Shown piece by piece: positions 28,432-39,210 of a stretch of 64,000 nt of DNA (positions are counted from its first letter, which is position 1; every line of letters begins with the position of its first letter). The position numbers were made by a program, and so were the translations under genes. The stretch comes from an uncultured Candidatus Saccharibacteria bacterium (GTDB lineage Bacteria > Patescibacteriota > Doudnabacteria > UBA920), in assembly GCA_964384035.1 (NCBI GenBank), contig CAYLIB010000002.1, positions 28,704-92,703 of the forward strand, read 5' to 3'. Below the pieces are notes generated by a model. That model made no database searches, had not been told where the DNA came from, and saw only the letters and a list, made by a program, of their open reading frames with translations.

Positions 28432-29364
28432 ATGGAGAAGCAAAAACAATCCAGTAACGATCAATCTACTTTTGGATCATACTTAACCCCTCTTGCTACT
28501 TACATAATTATCCTACTCTCAGTTTTTATAGCCGGGGGTTTATTCTTTAGAACTAAACAAGGTTTTAACCAAAGTGCAGCATACGACTCAATCTCAAATG
28601 GGAAATTGCAAGCTAAATTAACCCCGGGAAAACTTCCCCCCAGAGAAACGTCGCCTCTAGTCTTCCCTCCCGTAAATAGTTGTCCAGAAAATCAACAGAA
28701 CCCGGAAGTGATTATAAAATCACCCATTGCGGACCAGGAAATTTCTGGGACTACTAAACTGGTTGCTAGTCTTGCGGATGGTGTTAGGGCAAACAATGCA
28801 CTCTTCTTGGTTATGACAGGTACACGTTGCAGCATTCAACGTCCCGTGGGTCCGGTTACTCTTAAAGATGGAGTATTTACAGTAGATTTCAATACAGACG
28901 AAGGGTTAACTGAAGACGGAACATATAATGTTATTGCGATTGCTCTTTCGGATGACTTAACGCCTTTGTATTCCAATCAAACAGTTTTCTCTATTAATAA
29001 CCACAAGAACCCTTTTGAGAGTGTAAATATAAATAGTATTGAAGTATTACCCAAAAAAGCCACCTACAAAAAAGGAGAAAGTATAGAGATTTCTTGGGTA
29101 ATTTCAGGACCCATACCAGATGCTTGGGAAAAATATCGTACAAATCCAATTATAGATATAAGAATGATGGCAGGAACAAATAATTTGGGGGTTTTTGCTC
29201 CAAATATCCGTACAAGCACTTTTGCAGGAGGTAAGGTAAGAGTCACGATTCCAACAAATATAGGGGTTGGTGAAGGCTTTAAGATACGGGTAGAACCGAG
29301 GGGTAAAAATGGAATTTCAGATTTTGTTTTTGGTGATTCAGACAACTTCTCTGTAACTAAATAA
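28432..29364 (+). CDS. Membrane-anchored protein with Ig-like beta domains
   Basis: N-terminal TM helix, PEVIIKSP...ISG...DGTY pattern, C-terminal GDSDNFSV. Confidence 0.65.
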   Translation: MEKQKQSSNDQSTFGSYLTPLATYIIILLSVFIAGGLFFRTKQGFNQSAAYDSISNGKLQAKLTPGKLPPRETSPLVFPPVNSCPENQQNPEVIIKSPIADQEISGTTKLVASLADGVRANNALFLVMTGTRCSIQRPVGPVTLKDGVFTVDFNTDEGLTEDGTYNVIAIALSDDLTPLYSNQTVFSINNHKNPFESVNINSIEVLPKKATYKKGESIEISWVISGPIPDAWEKYRTNPIIDIRMMAGTNNLGVFAPNIRTSTFAGGKVRVTIPTNIGVGEGFKIRVEPRGKNGISDFVFGDSDNFSVTK

Positions 29365-29419
29365 AAATCAAAGGCCCATTTGAGGGGCCTTTTTTTAATT
29401 CTGTTATACTAGTCTAGCT

Positions 29420-31369
29420 ATGAAAAATATTATAAAATCGTCGTTTTTATTCTTATTTGCTGTTCTCCTTGTCCTACTATCTGCTACCGATATCGGAGAT
29501 CCGGATACTGTCCAATATATCGCAAATGGTAAGCATATTTTAAAAAGCGGTTTTAGTAAGCTATGTGTTTATTCTTACTCATCAAATAATTGCCAGATTC
29601 CATATTCAGAATGGTTAACTCATGTAATTACATACTTCATATATAGCTTGTTTTCCTGGAAAGGGTTAGTTGTAACACAAGTCTTGTTGGTATTATCAAT
29701 TTTCGGTGTTCTACTTAAGTATGTAATCAAAAATGGATATAATTTACCCTCCTCAGTATTTATTTTTAGCATAGCCGCTTTTTCTGCTTCTGACCGCTTT
29801 ATTTACAGGGCAGATCTGTTTGCTTTGCTTTTAGGAACGATTCTTTTTGTTTACCTAGAGCAAAACCACTCAACGGAAATCACTAATAAAAAGAGCTTTT
29901 TCAAATTCTTTACGCCAATAGGAATATTGCTATTACTATGGGCAAACATGCATGGCTCATTTCCTCTGGGTCTTGTAATCCTATCTTCTTATACTCTCGA
30001 GAAAATATGGAAGCTATATCAATCTAGAAATAATCGTAAAGAAATAGGGGTCAAAAAAAATAACCTTTACGTATGGTTAATTATATTGAGCTTAGCTCTA
30101 GTTGTTAGTCTTTTGAATCCATATGGTCTAGAAGCTTTCCTTTGGCCATTCAAGTTTTTCTTTGGTGATAAAGAGTTTTATAGTCAAGTGGAATTTTTAA
30201 GTCCTTTTTCTTTCAAAGAAATTCAACCCGTATATTTTTATGGTTATTTGCTCCTATTGTTGGTTACATTCACTACTTTATTTTTGAGAGCATTTAAACT
30301 CCAACTAAGGCATATTATTGTAGTAATTCCTTTTATTTACTTATCTTTCAAAGCTAATAGAAATATTCCATGGCTAGGGGTAGTTACGAGTGTTATTTTA
30401 CCTTTCTATTTAAATGAATTAAACGCTTTAAAGACTTGGAAATATTTTAAACATTTACAGTATATCGCTTTGGGTGCTTCTTTTTTATTCATTGGGCTAT
30501 TTATGAAAAGTCTATTTTCTGGTGATTATTACCAAAAGCAACTTAGTACCCAACGATTCGGTTTTTCACAAAATCCCGTTATTTTTTCTAGCGGGGGAGT
30601 AGATTTTATTAAAACAAGGAGCCTGAAGGGTAATATGTTTAACGACTATAGGGGAGGTACTTACATTAATTTTGCTCTATTCCCATCGCGTAAAAACTTT
30701 ATCGACGGTCATAGTTATACCTTAGAGAAACTCAATTATTATAAAGACGTTGTCAGTGGTAAGATAGATTTAAACGAAGTAGTACAAAAATATAATATTA
30801 ATTATTTCTTCCTCGAACACGGAGTGGAGGATACTGGTCTGCTTATAAGCAAATTATCTAAGGACCCAAACTGGGTATTAGTCTATTTCGATGAGGTGAG
30901 TTGTATCTTCGTGAAAAAATCGGATAACAACCAGGAAGTTATCTCTAAAGACGCTATAAATTTTAACCTTCTCTATAGGGAAGGAAAATTACCCCTACTA
31001 AGAAAAGATTATCATGAAAGATATGCTTCCCTGGCTAGAAGTTATAGAGGCGCATTCCTTTTTCGTATAGACCAATTAAATGCCAGTCGGCTTGAGCTTG
31101 AAAGCGCAGTAGAGCTAGACCCTAATAACTTTACGGCCCTAAATGTTTTAGGGCTTGTATATGGAAAGTTAAACTTACCAGAGAAAGCAGAGTTTAGTTT
31201 CAAAAATTCTTTAAACATTCAAGAAATGGCTCAAACTCATGGCAATTACGGAATATTATTAGAAAATTTAGGTAGAAAATCTGAAGCTATAAGCGAATAT
31301 AAAAAAGCCTTAACCTTAAATCCTGGGGTTCCCGCTGTGTCTTCGCGTTTGGAGAAATTAAATAAGTAA
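29420..31369 (+). CDS. Multi-pass membrane protein (GT-C-like) with C-terminal TPR repeats
   Basis: DPD in the first loop, LWANMHG, LNPYG, FIDG, about 10 TM helices, TPR motifs (ELDPNNFTALNVLG, EYKKALTLNP). Confidence 0.7.
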   Translation: MKNIIKSSFLFLFAVLLVLLSATDIGDPDTVQYIANGKHILKSGFSKLCVYSYSSNNCQIPYSEWLTHVITYFIYSLFSWKGLVVTQVLLVLSIFGVLLKYVIKNGYNLPSSVFIFSIAAFSASDRFIYRADLFALLLGTILFVYLEQNHSTEITNKKSFFKFFTPIGILLLLWANMHGSFPLGLVILSSYTLEKIWKLYQSRNNRKEIGVKKNNLYVWLIILSLALVVSLLNPYGLEAFLWPFKFFFGDKEFYSQVEFLSPFSFKEIQPVYFYGYLLLLLVTFTTLFLRAFKLQLRHIIVVIPFIYLSFKANRNIPWLGVVTSVILPFYLNELNALKTWKYFKHLQYIALGASFLFIGLFMKSLFSGDYYQKQLSTQRFGFSQNPVIFSSGGVDFIKTRSLKGNMFNDYRGGTYINFALFPSRKNFIDGHSYTLEKLNYYKDVVSGKIDLNEVVQKYNINYFFLEHGVEDTGLLISKLSKDPNWVLVYFDEVSCIFVKKSDNNQEVISKDAINFNLLYREGKLPLLRKDYHERYASLARSYRGAFLFRIDQLNASRLELESAVELDPNNFTALNVLGLVYGKLNLPEKAEFSFKNSLNIQEMAQTHGNYGILLENLGRKSEAISEYKKALTLNPGVPAVSSRLEKLNK

Positions 31370-31387
31370 AAGTGTTATAGTTGGATT

Positions 31388-32155
31388 ATGAACAGGCTCC
31401 GACAACTAAAAACCTATTTAATACCTTTGTTTATTTTATCCATTGGGTTAAATATCTTTCTTTTGTTGAAATTAAAATCTACTACAGAGGTTAAGGTAGT
31501 GCAAGAAACTCCTGCGCCTCATTTCGATGATGCTCAAAAAGTCTCAGATATTCAGCATTTTTTAGATTCTATATCTGTAGATTACATATCCGAGGTAAAA
31601 TCGCTCTCCGAAAAATACAAAATTCCTTCCTGGGGTTGTGGTCCCAGTAGTTTTGCGCTCGCAGAAATAATAAATAAAAAATTCTTCGAAAATAAGCTAA
31701 GAGTAGATGCGTCTTACGATAATCACCCTTACGAGATACTTATTAGGGGAGGTTTTGCTGCAGCCAATCCACAACACCTCGCAGATGTTAATTCCGTAGA
31801 TCATGCTTGGATAGAAATTTATTTCAAAGATCAGATGCTTTTCATAGATCCAACTATCGCACAGTTCGGTAAAATAGATAAAATAGCTTACGCCACCTTT
31901 AGAGTTGGTGATCCTAATATATCTACCGTACTGCATGACCAGTTTGGTATTTACGATGTTCGCCTAAGGCTTATGGTCAAAAAAGCAGTCGCCAGGGCTC
32001 CCGAAGGCGCTGAGCCATACCCGGGTCAGTCTATTAACCCTGATTACCTAGGGTACTACAGAAAAGCCGCCGAGGACCTAAACATGCTAGACGAGGGAAA
32101 AATCCCCGAAGAATGGCGGGATTGGATAAAGGCTTTAGAATCCAAGTTTATTTAG
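31388..32155 (+). CDS. Membrane-anchored transglutaminase/papain-like protein
   Basis: N-terminal TM helix; putative Cys-His-Asp triad WGCGP...DHAWIE...IDPTIAQF. Confidence 0.6.
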   Translation: MNRLRQLKTYLIPLFILSIGLNIFLLLKLKSTTEVKVVQETPAPHFDDAQKVSDIQHFLDSISVDYISEVKSLSEKYKIPSWGCGPSSFALAEIINKKFFENKLRVDASYDNHPYEILIRGGFAAANPQHLADVNSVDHAWIEIYFKDQMLFIDPTIAQFGKIDKIAYATFRVGDPNISTVLHDQFGIYDVRLRLMVKKAVARAPEGAEPYPGQSINPDYLGYYRKAAEDLNMLDEGKIPEEWRDWIKALESKFI

Positions 32156-32194
32156 CTTCACTTTCAAGGGTATATCTGGTAAAATATCAGAACT

Positions 32195-32869
32195 ATGAAA
32201 AAATACATTATTTTAGGCGTAGTGGTGGTTATTATTTTCGCCGGCTATTTAGCTTACCGCCCACAAGTCCACTATTATCTTTATAAACAAACAGTAAAGT
32301 CTCAACCAAACTTTAAAGAGCAAGAAAAGGCTTTGGAAGAAGACTACTTAAAGGCTTTTAAGAATCCTAAAGACGCAACCGCTGTGTTGGATTTGGGCGC
32401 AAAGCAGTTTGGTCTAAAAGATTTCAAATCCGCCGCAGAAAACTTCAAAAAAGTACTTGAGACTCAGCCAGATAACATTACTGCACAAGAGAACCTTATC
32501 CGTACTTATGAGTACATGAAGGATTATAAGAATGCCGAAATCCAAGCAAAAAAATATTTAGAGAAATTCCCTCAGTATCCAGATGCATATGGACTTATGG
32601 CTGAGCTTTACGGTACTTACTACACCGAAAAACAGTCTGAGCTAGAAAATCTATATAAAACCGGTTTTGAGAAAACAGGTGATGATCAATTCTTGTTGTT
32701 GCTTGCAGGTTACTACGAGAGAAATAAAGATTATGACAAAGCAATTCCTTTGGTTGAACAATGGATAAACAGCCCAAAGCCAAAATCTGAGAATAGTAAG
32801 AATATTACCCTCGGGTATCTAAAAGAGTTAAGGGCTTTGCAAGAGAAAAAAGCTTCAGAAGTTAAATAG
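32195..32869 (+). CDS. TPR-repeat membrane-anchored protein
   Basis: N-terminal TM helix, TPR motifs (AAENFKKVLETQPDN, YLEKFPQYPDAY). Confidence 0.75.
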   Translation: MKKYIILGVVVVIIFAGYLAYRPQVHYYLYKQTVKSQPNFKEQEKALEEDYLKAFKNPKDATAVLDLGAKQFGLKDFKSAAENFKKVLETQPDNITAQENLIRTYEYMKDYKNAEIQAKKYLEKFPQYPDAYGLMAELYGTYYTEKQSELENLYKTGFEKTGDDQFLLLLAGYYERNKDYDKAIPLVEQWINSPKPKSENSKNITLGYLKELRALQEKKASEVK

Positions 32870-32974
32870 GTTCTAAGCAAACTTATTGTAAAATAGCGGG
32901 TTAATCCCACACCAAAGCCTAATTTGGTGTGGGATTTATGTTATACTTAAGATGTAAATTACTCAAAAAATCTT

Positions 32975-34735
32975 TTGGAAACAAACCCTCTAACTACTTT
33001 ACTTAAAGAAAAGAAAATTATAACTCAGTCTCAGATTCTTGATGCTCAAAAAGAGCTAAAGTCAGCCAAGACCAACCAAGACTGGGAGAATTTTCTGTTG
33101 GATAAAAAAATAGTCACAGAAGATCAGTTGCTTGAAGCAAAATCCGAAATGCTTCATGTGCCAAGTATAGATTTAAGAAACGAAGAGATAAAGCAGGATG
33201 TGCTAGCTCTCGTTCCAGAACCTATTGCTCACAGACATAAGGTAATCTCTTTCGCCAAAACCAAGAGCGAATTGTCTTTAGGTATGGTAGATCCCACAGA
33301 TATTCAAACAAAAGAATTCATCCATAAGAAAACAGGTTTAGACATAAAAGCTTTCCTTATAGGGCCTAGTAGTCTTAAATTTGGCTTAGGAAAATATCAC
33401 AGTAACCTAGAGGGTGAAATGAAAACCCTAGTTAAAGAAGACTCCCTTGGTTTAACGGCTACTCCAGACAAGCAGACTGCAGCCCCAGACGAAAAAGGTT
33501 TAAAGAATCTAGCAGAAGAAATTCCTGTTATTAGGGTAGTAGATACTCTTCTTGAATATGCGGTATTTGAAAAAGCCTCCGATATTCATATTGAACCACA
33601 AGAGAATTCTGTTGCTGTACGTTATCGTATAGATGGTATATTGCACGACGTAATGACACTGCCAAAAGTTATTCAGGCGGCAATTGTTGCCCGTATAAAG
33701 GTATTGTCCAACTTGCAAATAGACGAGCATCGCTTACCACAAGATGGTCGTTTCAAAATAGAAAAAGATGGTTATAAGTTTAGTTTGCGTGTTTCCACTA
33801 TTCCGGTTTTCGACGGTGAAAAAGTCGTAATGCGTCTTCTCGATGAATCGACTAAGGCCATGACACTAGAGGCATTAGGCTTTTTGCCTAGCCAGTTAAA
33901 TGTAGTTCAAAGAAACATAAAGAAACCTCATGGAATGTTTTTGGTAACTGGTCCTACCGGAAGCGGTAAATCCACTACACTTTATGCGGTTCTAACTATT
34001 TTAAATAATAAGACAGTAAATATTTCCACCATAGAAGATCCGGTTGAATACCGTATACCCGGTGCAAACCAAATGCAAACCAACGCTAAAATTGGTTTAA
34101 CTTTTGCCATGGGCTTAAGGGCGCTCCTCAGGCAAGACCCAAATATTATTATGATTGGTGAGATTCGCGATAAAGAAACCGCGGAAGAGGCTGTTCACGC
34201 TGCCATGACAGGTCACATTGTGCTCTCTACGCTTCACACCAACTCAGCTGCTGCTGCACCTGCTAGGCTTTTGGATATTGGAATTGAACCGTATTTAATT
34301 ACTTCTACCACGAATGCTGTTATGGGGCAAAGGCTCGTGCGTGTTTTGTGTCCTGACTGCAAAGAAAAAGTAAAACTCGACGAAGTGGCTCTTGCTAATA
34401 TTGCCTCTAGTTTTAATCAAGAAAAAATAATTGAAGTTTTAACAAGAGAGAAGCTTATCTCAGGTGGTGCTAAGAAATTAGCAGACTTAGATTTTTTCCA
34501 CGGCAAAGGTTGTTCAAAGTGCAATAATACTGGTTACAAGAGTCGTATAGGTATTCATGAAATTATGGAAATAACAGAAGCAGTGGCAGATAGTATATTA
34601 AAACGAGACTCAGCGCAGGATACAGAAGCAATTGCCGAAAAAGAAGGCATGATCCTTATGTGGGAAGACGGCTTCATAAAAGCCGTCCAAGGAATAACCA
34701 CCGTAGACGAAGTCCTAAGAGTCTCAAAAGAATAA
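32975..34735 (+). CDS. pilB: Type IV pilus assembly ATPase PilB/GspE
   Basis: ASDIHIEP, RLPQDGR, Walker A GPTGSGKS, EDPVEY, LRQDPN, STLHTN, CxxC pairs; TTG start. Confidence 0.93.
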   Translation: METNPLTTLLKEKKIITQSQILDAQKELKSAKTNQDWENFLLDKKIVTEDQLLEAKSEMLHVPSIDLRNEEIKQDVLALVPEPIAHRHKVISFAKTKSELSLGMVDPTDIQTKEFIHKKTGLDIKAFLIGPSSLKFGLGKYHSNLEGEMKTLVKEDSLGLTATPDKQTAAPDEKGLKNLAEEIPVIRVVDTLLEYAVFEKASDIHIEPQENSVAVRYRIDGILHDVMTLPKVIQAAIVARIKVLSNLQIDEHRLPQDGRFKIEKDGYKFSLRVSTIPVFDGEKVVMRLLDESTKAMTLEALGFLPSQLNVVQRNIKKPHGMFLVTGPTGSGKSTTLYAVLTILNNKTVNISTIEDPVEYRIPGANQMQTNAKIGLTFAMGLRALLRQDPNIIMIGEIRDKETAEEAVHAAMTGHIVLSTLHTNSAAAAPARLLDIGIEPYLITSTTNAVMGQRLVRVLCPDCKEKVKLDEVALANIASSFNQEKIIEVLTREKLISGGAKKLADLDFFHGKGCSKCNNTGYKSRIGIHEIMEITEAVADSILKRDSAQDTEAIAEKEGMILMWEDGFIKAVQGITTVDEVLRVSKE

Positions 34736-34855
34736 AACAAATATTTTAATTTCTATAGCATTTTACTGATCCGGGTTCCCCGGGCAGTAAAATTACATAG
34801 GAAGGATGATGTCATGAAGAAGGAAACCCCTTCTGGGTTTCCTTCTTCATAGATT

Positions 34856-36067
34856 ATGAAATTTACATACGAAGTACTAAATAATAATACAGGCAAGAAA
34901 GAGAAGGGGAGTATCGATGCTCCCGATATGGCTCAAGCCGGAAGAGAGCTGAGAGAAAAAGGATTGACCCCGACTAATATTATCCCTGAAGGTCGAGGTT
35001 CTTTCACTGAATCTTTGCGTGACTTAAAGTCTATATCGTTAAAAGAAAAAATCGTATTTATTGAAGACCTCGCGATAATGTTAAAAAGCGGTATTGGGGT
35101 AAGTAAAGGTCTTAACATTATTACAAGTCAAAATAAAAACGGAAAATTTCATAAAATTTTAAAAGACATTTCTGGGGCTGTAGAGTCCGGTACGCCGTTA
35201 AATGCCGCAATGGCTAAATATCCAAAAGTATTTTCAAATATATTTGTCAGCATGGTAAAAGTTGGTGAGGTTTCGGGTAATTTGGATAAATCTCTGAATT
35301 ACTTAGCGGTACAACTTGAGCGTGAAGCAGATCTAAAAAGCAAAACCAAGGGTGCAATGATGTACCCAGCCGTTATTCTTTCCGCTATGCTTATTATTGG
35401 TGTGCTGATGTCGGTTTTTGTACTCCCAAAGCTCACAGTTATTTTTAAGGAGTTTCAGGGGGGGCTGCCTCTTACTACAAGAATAATAGTTGGGTTCGCG
35501 GAATTTATGAGCGGTCATGCTATATTGGTAATAGGTGGTTTAATTCTTGCTATTATAGGTTTTATAGCATTTCTAAGAACAAAACCCGGACAAACTACTT
35601 TCGATTGGTTTCTTTTGCATTTTCCTGCAACCAAAGAGATTGTAAAAAAAATAAATATCGCACGTTTCTCTAGAATATTCTCGTCTTTACTCAAGAGTGG
35701 TATTAATGTTGTTGAAGGTCTCGCGGTAGCCGGAGAAGCGTTGGGTAATGTCTATTACCGAGATGTTCTGATAGAGGCTTCAAGTGAGGTAAAGCTCGGT
35801 AAACCAATAACAGCAGTGTTTGAACAGAACGAACATTTATTCCCAAATATCATTGTTGAAATGTTAAAAGTAGGTGAGGAAACAGGTAGTATGGAGTCTA
35901 TCCTCGAACAAATTGCCATACATTATGAAGAAGAAGTAGACACGACAATGAAGAATATTTCTTCTATCATTGAACCACTCCTTCTTTTAATCATTGGTGC
36001 TGTAGTTGGTTTCCTTGCGTTAGGTTTAATTTCCCCAATATATAATATTAGCCAAAGCATTCAGTAA
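34856..36067 (+). CDS. pilC: Type IV pilus platform protein PilC/GspF
   Basis: GEVSGNLD, AMMYP, VGEETG, IEPLL. Confidence 0.92.
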   Translation: MKFTYEVLNNNTGKKEKGSIDAPDMAQAGRELREKGLTPTNIIPEGRGSFTESLRDLKSISLKEKIVFIEDLAIMLKSGIGVSKGLNIITSQNKNGKFHKILKDISGAVESGTPLNAAMAKYPKVFSNIFVSMVKVGEVSGNLDKSLNYLAVQLEREADLKSKTKGAMMYPAVILSAMLIIGVLMSVFVLPKLTVIFKEFQGGLPLTTRIIVGFAEFMSGHAILVIGGLILAIIGFIAFLRTKPGQTTFDWFLLHFPATKEIVKKINIARFSRIFSSLLKSGINVVEGLAVAGEALGNVYYRDVLIEASSEVKLGKPITAVFEQNEHLFPNIIVEMLKVGEETGSMESILEQIAIHYEEEVDTTMKNISSIIEPLLLLIIGAVVGFLALGLISPIYNISQSIQ

Positions 36068-36140
36068 GTTCATAAAGTTAATAAATTTTGTAAAGATCAT
36101 CAAGTTATTGCGGTGGAAACACTTTACAAACTTTATGAAC
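36068..36140. repeat. Intergenic imperfect inverted repeat
   Basis: gttcataaagtt...tttgtaaag is complementary to ctttacaaactttatgaac. Confidence 0.5.
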
Positions 36141-36167
36141 CTGATGAACTTTGTAAACTAAGTCCCC

Positions 36168-37217
36168 ATGGATTTTCATTTTAAAAATAAGTACCCAATC
36201 GGTGTAGATATCTCAACAAGTTCAGTAAAGGTTTTTCAGTTTGGTCCAAATAAAAAAGGTACGCTTGAAATTAAGGGTTATTCAGAAGTGGGTCTTCCCA
36301 AGGGTGTTGTGGTTGAAGAGGCTATCTTGGATACGCAAACTCTTTCATTTATTGTGAGGCAGGCTATTGATAAGCCAAAATACGGTGCTTTTTCTGGAAA
36401 TCGCATAGTTGCCGCGCTACCCGAAGCTAAATCTTTCGTTAGGGTTATACACCTACCGCATATGGGCGACTCAGAAGTAGACCAAGCTATTCCGTTCGAA
36501 GCAGAAAGTTATATTCCAGTCCCGATAGACCAAGTTTATTTAGATTGGCAAAAACTAGATGAAGTAAATGGGCGAATGGAGATTTTGCTAATAGCAACGC
36601 CAAAAGACACCGCAGACAAATACCTATCTGTGTTCGATAAAATGAAGTTCACGGTCCAGGCCCTAGAAGTGGAGTCTCAAAGTGTGCAAAGGGCTCTGCT
36701 AAAAAAAGGGGATACTGAGTCTTTTTTGGTAGCAGATATTAACGACCATAAAACAAATTTAGTCATGATCGAGCGTGGACGACTGTTATTTACTTCATCT
36801 ATTCCTATGGGTGGGAATCAATTTAGTGAAGTGCTTGCAAAAACTTTAGGAATTCCAGTCGAAAAAGCAGAAAAAATAAAAGTTGATTCTGGTCTAAACA
36901 ATACTCCTGAAAATCCAAACATCAAACTTTCGATGTTGCCTATTTTAAAAAATCTTTCAGCAGAAATAAAAAATGTGTTAAGTTTTCAAAAAGAACACTT
37001 TCAGGTCTCCATAGACAAAGTAATTCTATGCGGAGGTGGTGCGCGCCTTAAGGGTATTCAAGAGAATCTTCAACTTGAGTTCCAAGAGCTAAATATGAAA
37101 GTTGAACTTGCTAATCCTTTGGCGAGCACGGGTATTGAAGAAGTAAAAATGATTTCTCCCGAAGAGTCTCTCGACTTCACTACAGCAATTGGGCTTGCAT
37201 TAAGAACAGACTATTAG
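36168..37217 (+). CDS. pilC-adjacent pilM: Type IV pilus assembly protein PilM
   Basis: IGVDIS, EAESYIP, LDWQ, ILCGGGA, ANP, AIGLALR. Confidence 0.9.
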   Translation: MDFHFKNKYPIGVDISTSSVKVFQFGPNKKGTLEIKGYSEVGLPKGVVVEEAILDTQTLSFIVRQAIDKPKYGAFSGNRIVAALPEAKSFVRVIHLPHMGDSEVDQAIPFEAESYIPVPIDQVYLDWQKLDEVNGRMEILLIATPKDTADKYLSVFDKMKFTVQALEVESQSVQRALLKKGDTESFLVADINDHKTNLVMIERGRLLFTSSIPMGGNQFSEVLAKTLGIPVEKAEKIKVDSGLNNTPENPNIKLSMLPILKNLSAEIKNVLSFQKEHFQVSIDKVILCGGGARLKGIQENLQLEFQELNMKVELANPLASTGIEEVKMISPEESLDFTTAIGLALRTDY

Positions 37218-37218
37218 T

Positions 37219-37779
37219 ATGGCTAAAGTATTAAATTTATTACCCAAAGATAGACAGAAAGAGCTTCACTTTGAAGATATTTTTAATCGTATATTAATCT
37301 TCTGTGGTTTAAGTGTTGTTACTCTAATTTTATCCACTGCTGCGCTAATCGGTGTTCGTTTCATCTTGCAGAGTGAAGCTGGCCAGTTAAAAGTGGACAT
37401 AGACCAGCTAAAGACCGCGGTGAATAAGCAAGAGAACTCTGAACTCAAAGCTCAAATAGCAAAAATAAACAATCAGATAGTGGACTTCAAGAATTTAAGC
37501 GACGCCACTCCTGCTTGGTCTAAGGTTATTCTCGCCTTTGGTAAACTCATTCCCCAAGACGTAGGTATTACTGGTTTCTCTGCAGATATCGACAAGAAGC
37601 AGGTAGAGATTTCGGGCTTCGCAAAAACTAGGGAAGCGGTTATAGAGCTTTACAATAATATAAATGCGGATAAAGATAACTTTGCGAATATTAATTACCC
37701 GTTTGAAAACGTTGCGAAGCCAAAAGACCTTTACTTCAGATTTACATTCTTCATTAAGCCTGAACTACTAAAACAATGA
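37219..37779 (+). CDS. pilN: PilN-like protein
   Basis: LNLLP N-terminal motif, TM helix, coiled coil; directly after pilM. Confidence 0.8.
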   Translation: MAKVLNLLPKDRQKELHFEDIFNRILIFCGLSVVTLILSTAALIGVRFILQSEAGQLKVDIDQLKTAVNKQENSELKAQIAKINNQIVDFKNLSDATPAWSKVILAFGKLIPQDVGITGFSADIDKKQVEISGFAKTREAVIELYNNINADKDNFANINYPFENVAKPKDLYFRFTFFIKPELLKQ

Positions 37780-38324
37780 TGAAGCTTTCTTTTAAATATA
37801 AAATAGCAATTCTCGTCGGGGTATGGCTCTTGGTTTCTTTTATTCTAATTTTTTATGTCTTTGGGTGGATAAACCAAGCAAGTCAGAAAAAAATCGCAGA
37901 AATACTAGATCTTAAGAAAGAACAAATGGAACTTCAGGCTGAGCAAACTAGTTATCAGCTCGCCAAATCAGATCTTGAACTATTAGAGAAAAAAGACATA
38001 AAACCGGAAAACTTTTTCAGTAAAGATACGAGCCTCGTAAATGAACTGCGCACCATAGAAGCACTAGCAGAAAAGCATAATCTGGTTCTGACTCTAAGTA
38101 TTGCAGGTACAGCAAATACTCTCGGCAAGGCAAAGACCAGCGGCGAGTTATTACTTGTCCCTTATAGTATTAGTTTGGGAGGGGAGTATGTGGATATAGT
38201 TAATTTCCTAAAGTCTATGGAAAAATTAAGCTTCATAACTCACTTAAGAACTGTATCTTTTGGTGCCACAGGACAGGGTAAAGCGAGCTTAACCACTAGT
38301 GCGTTATTTTACATAAAGAAATGA
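37776..38324 (+). CDS. pilO: PilO-like protein
   Basis: TM helix, coiled coil, GEYVDIVNFLKSMEKL; ATGA overlap with pilN. Confidence 0.75.
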   Translation: MMKLSFKYKIAILVGVWLLVSFILIFYVFGWINQASQKKIAEILDLKKEQMELQAEQTSYQLAKSDLELLEKKDIKPENFFSKDTSLVNELRTIEALAEKHNLVLTLSIAGTANTLGKAKTSGELLLVPYSISLGGEYVDIVNFLKSMEKLSFITHLRTVSFGATGQGKASLTTSALFYIKK

Positions 38325-38602
38325 ACATTAGTATAAAAATTCCAAAATCTCTAAGCATAAAAACCATAAGCATACTCTGTTTAATAGCAGTAGTAGTTAT
38401 AGGTGTCTTTGAGGTATTAGCCGTGCTTTCCGCTTCTAAATCTGTTACCCAGGCCAAAACCGCTGTTCCAACAATAAAAAATGTTCCTGTGGTTAGAATT
38501 AACTTCAATCTTTATGAGGCAGTTATAAAGAAAATTACCACCCCAGAAACCCCCACCCCAGAAGACCCAACCATTCCCAACCCCTTCAAAACAGTGAAAT
38601 AG
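38321..38602 (+). CDS. Small membrane-anchored pilus-operon protein
   Basis: Start overlaps the pilO stop; TM helix; C-terminal NPF motif as in PilP-like proteins. Confidence 0.6.
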   Translation: MNISIKIPKSLSIKTISILCLIAVVVIGVFEVLAVLSASKSVTQAKTAVPTIKNVPVVRINFNLYEAVIKKITTPETPTPEDPTIPNPFKTVK

Positions 38603-38795
38603 TTCAAAAATCCCAAAAATCTCCTAAAAATAGGGGATTTTTTAATTCCTCTTAATTACGCCAAAAACTTGACAAGTCTCCAAATATTCTTTGACATAAA
38701 CAAAAATATATGTTATTATATTCCTTATTTCTGTCGCAATTCACGTAACTTCAAAAAACCAAAACCAATCTGAATCTGAAAAGGAGATCAAATCT

Positions 38796-39065
38796 ATGTT
38801 GAACGGACGTTTCATGCAAGGACTTCGCAACATCGGCAAAACCATCTTCGATACAATGGGTTTCGGCAACAATCAGACGCAATCCATCTTTGGCGGCAAT
38901 CAGTCCGCTTTCGCCTATGGCACCAGCACCGGTCAGTCATTCATCGGAAGCGGTCTGGGTGGCGACTTCGGTCGCCACGGTCGCAACACTTCATCCCGTC
39001 GCCTGAAGACCGCTCGCCGGGATCGCAAGCTGCACAACCAACCCGGCTCACGCCCGGCCATCTAA
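38796..39065 (+). CDS. Small Gly-rich protein with a basic C-terminus
   Basis: Own TTGACA promoter, AAGGAG RBS, biased codon usage, downstream hairpin. Confidence 0.6.
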   Translation: MLNGRFMQGLRNIGKTIFDTMGFGNNQTQSIFGGNQSAFAYGTSTGQSFIGSGLGGDFGRHGRNTSSRRLKTARRDRKLHNQPGSRPAI

Positions 39066-39210
39066 AGTTCAACCCGCGCCAAAAGCGCAAAAACCGAAGG
39101 CTGTAAGGATTCGCCCCGAATCCCTGCAGTCTTTTCTCTTTGTCTAAAAAACTCTATAATCTAAAATCCCTCAGTAAGAAAGTCTAGTTTCAGAATAAGG
39201 AGTGAAAATC

